A stretch of DNA of 11,464 nucleotides from a virus (lineage: Duplodnaviria > Heunggongvirae > Uroviricota > Caudoviricetes): IMG/VR virus record IMGVR_UViG_2737471839_000021, positions 1-11,464 of that record; one strand, 5' to 3'. How positions within the stretch are numbered: the first letter of the stretch is position 1; the number at the start of each line of letters is the position of its first letter. Shown here piece by piece: positions 1 to 5,639 of this stretch. The translations under genes were made by a program, and so were the position numbers. Below the pieces are notes generated by a model. That model made no database searches. It had not been told where the DNA came from and saw only the letters and a program-made list of their open reading frames with translations.

Positions 1-384
1 GCATACGAGATCGCAAAGGACTATTACGCTGGTGTGATGGCGAAAAAAGGCGTGGTATCAGGCGAAATTGACAATGATATCTGGAAACAGGCTGTTAACG
101 TAGCTACAGGTGGCGTGCATGACTATAACGGAATGGGGAATGTTCTTTTGCCGTGGGGAATGTCTGCAGAGCAATTCGATAAGCAGGTTAATCAGGCTTG
201 GAATGAACAAGTTGTCGGCACAGGGATAAAAACACCGCCTGGTCAGTATGGTTTGCAAAGTTACGGCGATAGTCAGTACCTGGTAAAACTTGGGACTGGA
301 TATCTGCTGAAGGATGATGGTTCTCCTGTTGTTCTTGATCTGACACAGAAGCGTCAGAGATTCTCCGGAGATATTCCGCAATGA
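1..384 (+). CDS. 3' fragment of a phage virion gene; the 5' end lies upstream of the window
   Basis: Frame 1 is open from base 1 to TGA at 382-384, so the listed 34..384 ORF is a 5'-truncated gene. Its stop overlaps the next start (ATGA at 381-384), typical of coupled phage structural operons. No recognisable motif. Confidence 0.5.
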   Translation, partial: AYEIAKDYYAGVMAKKGVVSGEIDNDIWKQAVNVATGGVHDYNGMGNVLLPWGMSAEQFDKQVNQAWNEQVVGTGIKTPPGQYGLQSYGDSQYLVKLGTGYLLKDDGSPVVLDLTQKRQRFSGDIPQ

Positions 385-2183
385 GTTACTTTGGCCTTAA
401 TCCAGTAAACCAGAATCAGCAGCTTGACGAAGCAGTATCAAATCCAGCTGGCTTTAACAGCGATGTTGGTTTTTTCGACAATGCTGTAGGAGCGGCATTG
501 TCTGGTTTGTACTCCGGGCTGGTGGCAAAGCCAGATCAGTTGCTATGGGCAGGGATGGATAAAATCGTATCCCCGATTGCTCAGTTTGTTAACGAAAACA
601 CCTCGCTCAATGACACTTCAGTTTCATACATTGCCGAGCAGAGAAAACTAGCAGAGCAGCAGGTTAAGCGGCTGACGCCTGATGCCGCGACAACCGGAAC
701 CGCAGGGCAGGTTCTTTATGGGTTGTTCGATATGGGCGGGCAGGCTGTTGTCGGTACAACGCTCGGTGGTCAGGTCGGAGGTGCGGCGGCGGTAACTTCG
801 CTACAGGGTTTTTCTGAGTTTGAACGGCTGACAGCACAGGGTGTTGATTTCAGGACAGCGCAGGAAGCGGGATTAGTGCAGGGCATTACTGCTGGTGCCG
901 GAACATTGATCCCTATGAGCCTCGGGTTACGTGCTGGTGGTGCGCTGGCGGAAGGTGTGGCGGCTCAGCTCGCGCGGACGGGTGAGAGTTCAGTGCGACG
1001 CGCCGCAGCAACAGCAGTACGTGCAACGCCAGATATTGCCTATGCCGCAGGTACAAATATTGCGTTCGGTATGGCACAGCGTGGGCTTACTGCAAAAACG
1101 CTTCGTGATGGTGGCTATAGCGAAATGGCTAACCAGTATGATGTGTTGGATCGACAGGCAATTGCTATTGATGCTGTTCTTGGGGTGGCGTTTGGTGGTG
1201 TTGGCAGATTTATTAACTCTCGCGGCGAGTCTACAAGCGCACCAAATTTTTCACCAGTTGATGTCGATGCTGCACTGGCGGCGAATGCCGCTCATCATGC
1301 TGAAATTGATATTGCTCCCGGCGTGCCGATCAACGTGCTTTCGCGCAATTCTCACATTCAGGCTCTGCGAAAAGCTATGTCTGATGTTAGCCAGGGGAGA
1401 CCTGTAGACGTTGCCAGCATTGTTGAGTCTGCATCTTTCAGTGAAATTCCAGGGCGCAAGAGTCTGCTGTCTCAGGCAGTTAATGAGGCTCTGTCATCTG
1501 TAGATGATGGAGTAACGGCGCGCGCTATAGAAAATCGGTTGCTTGAAGAACAGGCCGCGCAGCTTTTGCCGCGTGGCGATAGACAGGTTTACCAGTCTGA
1601 AATCGCTAATAGCCAACGAATTATTGAAAATCTCACTGAACAGCGCGCACAAATTCTTGCAGAAGAGCCAACAGGTAGCGGTAAAGCTTTGTCTCGTGCT
1701 CGATCAGATAAACAGGTCAGACTTCACGATATTGACCAACGAATCCGGCAGGCACAAGAACGCCTGGAATTTTCCCGTAACGCGTTGGCACCGCATGAGC
1801 CTGGCGGTCAGTTTTTTGAAGCTCGAGCAGAACTGGCACGGCGACAGCAGGCTGAAAGTGAACTTAATGCTCAGGCTGTTTCATTCTATAAAACAGCAGA
1901 GGTAAGTACGCCAGACGAAGTAGCTCCTTTTGAGCCCGGTAAGATATTGCAACAGGCAGAACAAAAGATGATGGCAGATCCGGCAGGAGATATTGATCTG
2001 CGCATAGCTGAAGATTCGCTGCTTGAATCACCGGACATGATAATAACCGTGCTGGATGATGATGGTAATCCACAATCGCGCAGCGCGCGTGAAGTGCTGG
2101 ATGAAGCGAACAGGGAAAGTGAGCAGGCAATACACGATTCCAGCCTGTTTGATGTCGCTGTGGCGTGTTTCTTGAGAGGTTAA
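381..2183 (+). CDS. Putative internal virion / ejection protein (600 aa)
   Basis: Long ORF in operon position just upstream of the tailspike. Gly/Ala/Thr-rich low-complexity N-terminal third, charged helical C-terminal half, no catalytic motif seen. Start overlaps upstream stop. Functional label rests on position and composition only. Confidence 0.55.
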   Translation: MSYFGLNPVNQNQQLDEAVSNPAGFNSDVGFFDNAVGAALSGLYSGLVAKPDQLLWAGMDKIVSPIAQFVNENTSLNDTSVSYIAEQRKLAEQQVKRLTPDAATTGTAGQVLYGLFDMGGQAVVGTTLGGQVGGAAAVTSLQGFSEFERLTAQGVDFRTAQEAGLVQGITAGAGTLIPMSLGLRAGGALAEGVAAQLARTGESSVRRAAATAVRATPDIAYAAGTNIAFGMAQRGLTAKTLRDGGYSEMANQYDVLDRQAIAIDAVLGVAFGGVGRFINSRGESTSAPNFSPVDVDAALAANAAHHAEIDIAPGVPINVLSRNSHIQALRKAMSDVSQGRPVDVASIVESASFSEIPGRKSLLSQAVNEALSSVDDGVTARAIENRLLEEQAAQLLPRGDRQVYQSEIANSQRIIENLTEQRAQILAEEPTGSGKALSRARSDKQVRLHDIDQRIRQAQERLEFSRNALAPHEPGGQFFEARAELARRQQAESELNAQAVSFYKTAEVSTPDEVAPFEPGKILQQAEQKMMADPAGDIDLRIAEDSLLESPDMIITVLDDDGNPQSRSAREVLDEANRESEQAIHDSSLFDVAVACFLRG

Positions 2184-2188
2184 ATTAA

Positions 2189-4663
2189 ATGAGACAGGAA
2201 TGTATACAAGCGGTCCAGCAGGCGGCGCAGCGCACGTTAACGGCGCGAGAAATACAGAACATTGAAGACCGCATTTATCGAAATATGCGCTCCATTGCTC
2301 GTGATGACCCGATGTCGTGGCGACAACTTTCCGAATCAGAACGGTTGTATCGTGCAGCACAATTGGCATCTGAAGAATTACAGCGAGAAGCGGCATTAAA
2401 GAAACGTCGTGTGGCCCTCACTATAGCCGCACGTCAGAGATTGGATAAATTTATCAATAGCTATCAAGGGGCTGATGGGAAACTTGGCGCTCTTAACCGT
2501 ACTATTGCTTTTAATGCAGACGGTAAATCGAATTTCCTCTCTGTTGAATCCAGAACAAAAGCCACCCGTGATTATGCATTGAGTCGATTGCAGGAGGCAT
2601 TCGAAGCAGTTGATCCTCGCTTTTTTGGTCTGTTTGAAGATGAAGCGGGCGTACGTGACCTGGTATATGAAATGCGGGGGCAAAATACTGGCAATGCTAA
2701 AGCAAGAAAAGGTGCTAAGGCGTGGAGAGAAGTTACAGAGCTGCTGCGCCGCCGGTTTAATGATGCTGGTGGGGACATTGGCTATCTCGAAAACTGGGGG
2801 ATCCCTCAACATCATTCTATGGAAAAGGTTGGGGCGGTATCAAAAGATAAATGGGTTAGCGATATTATAGGTAAGCTGGATCGCAAATATTATACCCGAG
2901 CCGATGGACAACTGATGAACGATGCCGAGTTGTCTGCATTTCTTGGAGAGGCTTATAACACGATCGCTACTGGTGGGCTGAATAAGCTTACTGATACCGG
3001 AATGCGAATTTCCGGCGCACGTGCTAACCGTGGTAATGCATCACGACAGATACATTTCAAAGATGCAGATTCCTATCTCCAATATCAACAACTTTATGGC
3101 GATCGCTCTCTATGGGAAATCATGGTCGGTCACCTGGAAGGTATCAGTAAAGATATTGCTCTGGTGGAAACATATGGTCCAAACCCCGATCATGTTTTCC
3201 GCTCCCTTCTTGATCAGGTTAAGGCAGAAACGGCAACAGCTAACCCGAGTAAAACCGGTAAAGTCGAGCGGCTGGCGAACAACACAGAGAATCTGTACAA
3301 CTTTATTTCCGGAAAGACACAGCCTGTAGCGAATCCGCACATCGCGCGATGGTCTGACAATATCCGCAACTGGCTGGTTGCCAGCAGACTCGGATCCGCG
3401 TTGCTGTCATCGTTCTCTGATCTTGGAACCATGTATCTGTCTGCGAAGGTTACCAACCTTCCAATGAACCAGTTATTCCGCAACCAACTTGAAGCTATGG
3501 ACCCAACGAACCGTACAGAACTTGCGCGGGCGCGCCGCGCTGGTCTGGCGATGGAATCTCTACTTGGCAGCGTTAACCGATGGGCGATGGATAATATGGG
3601 GCCGTCAGTGTCTCGTTGGGCGGCGACGGCGGTAATGCGTGCCAGTGGGCTTACAGCATGGTCAGATGCGCACAAGCGCGCCTATGGCGTAACCATGATG
3701 GGAAGCCTGGGAGAAGTAGTGTCACGGACACCAGACCTTCGTAGCCTCGATGACTCTGATTTTCGTATCCTGAAAAGCAAAGGGATTACTGACACAGACT
3801 GGAGCGTATGGAAGTTGGCGCAACAGGAGGACTGGGGGAACGGTAATAATACGATGCTGACACCAGAAAGCATTATGCGTATCCCTGATTCAGCAGTTAA
3901 ACATCTTGGTGAGCCTGAACGCGTGAAATTTGAGGCAATGCGTAAACTGCTCGGTGCCGTAACTGAAGAAGTTGATATGGCTGTTATTACACCGGGAGCA
4001 CGTGAGAAACTGATAACCGGTTCTGGTATTCAGCGTGGAACATGGAAAGGTGAATTAACGAGAAGTGTTTTCCTGTTTAAATCGTTCCCTATCTCGGTTG
4101 TTATGCGTCACTGGTCACGCGCTATGGGTATGCCGTCTGCTGGTGGGCGTGCGGCATATATTGCGACGTTTATTGCCAGTACGACCATTCTTGGCGCTTT
4201 GTCGCAGCAACTTAACGACCTTGCGTCGGGTCGTAATCCTCGAGAGATGACAGGAGAAGATGCCGCAAAATTCTGGCTTGGTGCTCTACTGAAAGGTGGT
4301 GGTCTTGGCCTTTACGGTGACTTTTTATTGTCAGATCACACTAGGTACGGAAGCGGCGCGCTGGCGTCGATGCTTGGCCCGGTAGCTGGTCTGGTTGATG
4401 ACGTAGTGAAGATTGCTCAGGGCATACCGTTAAATGCTGTGGAAGGGAAGAGTGAGCAGACTGGTGGTGATCTGGTGAAGCTGGGGAAAGGTTTGATGCC
4501 AGGTGCGAATCTCTGGTACTTGAAGGCGGCTCTCGATCACATGATCTTTAACCAGATGCAGGAGTATTTTTCACCAGGCTATTTGCGTAAAATGGAGCAA
4601 CGTTCGAAGAAAGAGTTTAACCAGACATACTGGTGGCGACCTCAGGATGTCACTCCGCAATAA
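2189..4663 (+). CDS. Putative large internal virion / ejection protein (824 aa)
   Basis: Starts 6 nt after the previous stop with GAGAGG about 9 nt upstream. Uninterrupted 2.4 kb ORF with a Gly-rich hydrophobic C-terminal segment (GGGLGLYGDFLL...GPVAGLVDDV). Size and position fit the large core/ejection protein of podoviruses; no sequence search was possible. Confidence 0.55.
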   Translation: MRQECIQAVQQAAQRTLTAREIQNIEDRIYRNMRSIARDDPMSWRQLSESERLYRAAQLASEELQREAALKKRRVALTIAARQRLDKFINSYQGADGKLGALNRTIAFNADGKSNFLSVESRTKATRDYALSRLQEAFEAVDPRFFGLFEDEAGVRDLVYEMRGQNTGNAKARKGAKAWREVTELLRRRFNDAGGDIGYLENWGIPQHHSMEKVGAVSKDKWVSDIIGKLDRKYYTRADGQLMNDAELSAFLGEAYNTIATGGLNKLTDTGMRISGARANRGNASRQIHFKDADSYLQYQQLYGDRSLWEIMVGHLEGISKDIALVETYGPNPDHVFRSLLDQVKAETATANPSKTGKVERLANNTENLYNFISGKTQPVANPHIARWSDNIRNWLVASRLGSALLSSFSDLGTMYLSAKVTNLPMNQLFRNQLEAMDPTNRTELARARRAGLAMESLLGSVNRWAMDNMGPSVSRWAATAVMRASGLTAWSDAHKRAYGVTMMGSLGEVVSRTPDLRSLDDSDFRILKSKGITDTDWSVWKLAQQEDWGNGNNTMLTPESIMRIPDSAVKHLGEPERVKFEAMRKLLGAVTEEVDMAVITPGAREKLITGSGIQRGTWKGELTRSVFLFKSFPISVVMRHWSRAMGMPSAGGRAAYIATFIASTTILGALSQQLNDLASGRNPREMTGEDAAKFWLGALLKGGGLGLYGDFLLSDHTRYGSGALASMLGPVAGLVDDVVKIAQGIPLNAVEGKSEQTGGDLVKLGKGLMPGANLWYLKAALDHMIFNQMQEYFSPGYLRKMEQRSKKEFNQTYWWRPQDVTPQ

Positions 4664-4672
4664 GGAAGTGTT

Positions 4673-4846
4673 GTGTTTTTAATTATTTTGAGTGTGATAA
4701 TTTCTGGTGGATTGTTATTTATTGACCGCTACAAATATTTTCTTAACCCTCAGACTCAAGCTATTTGCTGGTTCATCTTTGTTGTGCAGGGAGTAGTTCT
4801 TGTTGCAAGCCTTATTGAGGGGAGGCCTCTTATTTTTACTGGGTAA
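4673..4846 (+). CDS. Possible small two-TM membrane peptide (about 57 aa), GTG start, absent from the ATG-based ORF track
   Basis: Frame-2 ORF open from 4664 to TAA 4844-4846. AAGGAAG (4662-4668) lies just upstream of GTG 4673; alternative starts TTG 4688 and GTG 4694. Translation ...LIILSVIISGGLLFIDRYKYFLNPQTQAICWFIFVVQGVVLVASLIEGRPLIFTG has two hydrophobic helices. It fills an otherwise empty 195-bp gap and ends 12 nt before the next gene. Non-ATG start keeps confidence low. Confidence 0.3.
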   Translation: MFLIILSVIISGGLLFIDRYKYFLNPQTQAICWFIFVVQGVVLVASLIEGRPLIFTG

Positions 4847-4858
4847 ATAGGTGACTAC

Positions 4859-5155
4859 ATGCAAGCTATAGGATTCATTGTTTATATCGTCGTTGGTCTT
4901 TTTCAGTTGGCAGCAATTATGGCTGGGCTTGAATCATGGTGGGGATTGCACTGGATAATTGCAGCCCCCATTGCTTTCATCGTGAGCTATATTCCATTTG
5001 TTGGAGCGATTGTTGGTATGGTTGGCGCTGTGGATGTATGGCGGTGGGAGTGGTGGCAGGCTGGCCTTCTCTTCTTTGGTGGGATCATCTTTGCTATTGT
5101 CTGCGGTGGAATGTCATCATTTTTCGAATGGCTATCATTCAGAAAAGGGACGTGA
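4859..5155 (+). CDS. Small Trp-rich integral membrane protein (98 aa, about 3 TM helices), unknown function
   Basis: ATG at 4859 preceded by AGGTGA. Three long hydrophobic segments (IGFIVYIVVGLFQLAAIMAGL, WIIAAPIAFIVSYIPFVGAIVGMVGAV, AGLLFFGGIIFAIVCGG) with Trp clusters at the segment borders. Followed directly by an intrinsic terminator. Confidence 0.6.
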   Translation: MQAIGFIVYIVVGLFQLAAIMAGLESWWGLHWIIAAPIAFIVSYIPFVGAIVGMVGAVDVWRWEWWQAGLLFFGGIIFAIVCGGMSSFFEWLSFRKGT

Positions 5156-5190
5156 CATGTCACAGGCCGCTTTCGCGGCCTTTTCTTTAT
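5152..5190. terminator. Bidirectional intrinsic terminator between convergent genes
   Basis: Perfect 12-bp palindrome GTGACATGTCAC (5152-5163) overlaps the TGA of the membrane-protein gene. It is followed by a GC hairpin AGGCCGC-tttc-GCGGCCT (5164-5181) and a T-run (5182-5188). On the minus strand the same hairpins are followed by TTTTCT. Confidence 0.55.
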
Positions 5191-5444
5191 GTGGTTTGTT
5201 TTCGTAATTGTTCGGCACAATAGTCGAGATGTGTTTGCAGATCCTGCATAGACATCTGTGAGCTGGTGACGTAGTTAATCAGTGCAGTCAGTTCGGCAAG
5301 TGGGCCATCGACATTAAATCCATCCTTATCGAGATCCCGGAGTAATTTCATCAAGTGCGATCCCTCCACCAGTGATCTGACGCCTCCCGGCGTGTGAATC
5401 CTTTCGGTAAATCCGTCTTCCAGTGGATAGTGATACTGCTGCAT
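5187..5444 (-). CDS. Small soluble acidic protein (85 aa) of unknown function with a LexA box in its promoter; candidate SOS-inducible antirepressor or effector
   Basis: Minus-strand ORF. The track begins at a TTG (5462), but the first ATG (5444) is preceded by GGAGAAG with about 8-nt spacing, so 5444 is taken as start. Product MQQYHYPLEDGFTERIHTPGG...DYCAEQLRKQTT has no TM segment. LexA box lies 20 bp upstream. Confidence 0.6.
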   Translation of the reverse strand: MQQYHYPLEDGFTERIHTPGGVRSLVEGSHLMKLLRDLDKDGFNVDGPLAELTALINYVTSSQMSMQDLQTHLDYCAEQLRKQTT

Positions 5445-5463
5445 CTTATCTTCTCCATGCAAT

Positions 5464-5483
5464 AACTGTATATTTATACAGTA
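5464..5483. promoter_or_regulatory. LexA (SOS) operator, near-consensus
   Basis: AACTGTATATTTATACAGTA: CTGT-N8-ACAG with an AT-rich spacer, matching the E. coli LexA consensus TACTG(TA)5CAGTA; the core ACTGTATA..TATACAGT is a perfect palindrome. Sits 20-40 bp upstream of the minus-strand start at 5444, overlapping the expected promoter. Confidence 0.65.
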
Positions 5484-5639
5484 TCAAATAATTTGTTTGC
5501 TATCCAGCACGTTTTGCAAATCACCTGAAAGGTAATATCTGTTCGTATTTATGGGTTGTCTATCCATATGTGGTTTTTCAGGTAATAGAATAACCGGATA
5601 TGCGGCGCAACGGGTGCTGCGACTATCTGGAGATTTAAC

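Noticed and set aside
931-1905. Nested + strand ORFs 931..1407 and 1543..1905 inside the 600-aa gene
   Set aside because: Alternative frames of a long coding region. Translations are Arg/Leu/Cys-rich in a way typical of off-frame reading, and there is no independent start context.
1864-3873. Minus-strand ORFs (1864..2130, 2028..2396, 2396..2815, 2572..2778, 3110..3340, 3214..3675, 3682..3873) antisense to the two large virion genes
   Set aside because: All lie wholly inside or antisense to long, well-supported + strand genes in a uniformly + oriented operon; no RBS or motif support.
4936-5223. Overlapping ORFs 4936..5223 (+), 4998..5207 (+) and 4987..5220 (-) around the 98-aa membrane-protein gene
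   Set aside because: They overlap the better-supported 4859..5155 gene, which has an RBS and coherent TM helices, and they run through the terminator hairpin. Judged to be frame artefacts.
5500-5587. Short direct repeats CTATCCA (5500, 5560) and AGGTAATA (5530, 5580) between the LexA box and the tailspike start
   Set aside because: Only 7-8 bp each, with inconsistent spacing, in an AT-rich 150-bp region; within chance expectation. Not called as operators without comparative or experimental support.
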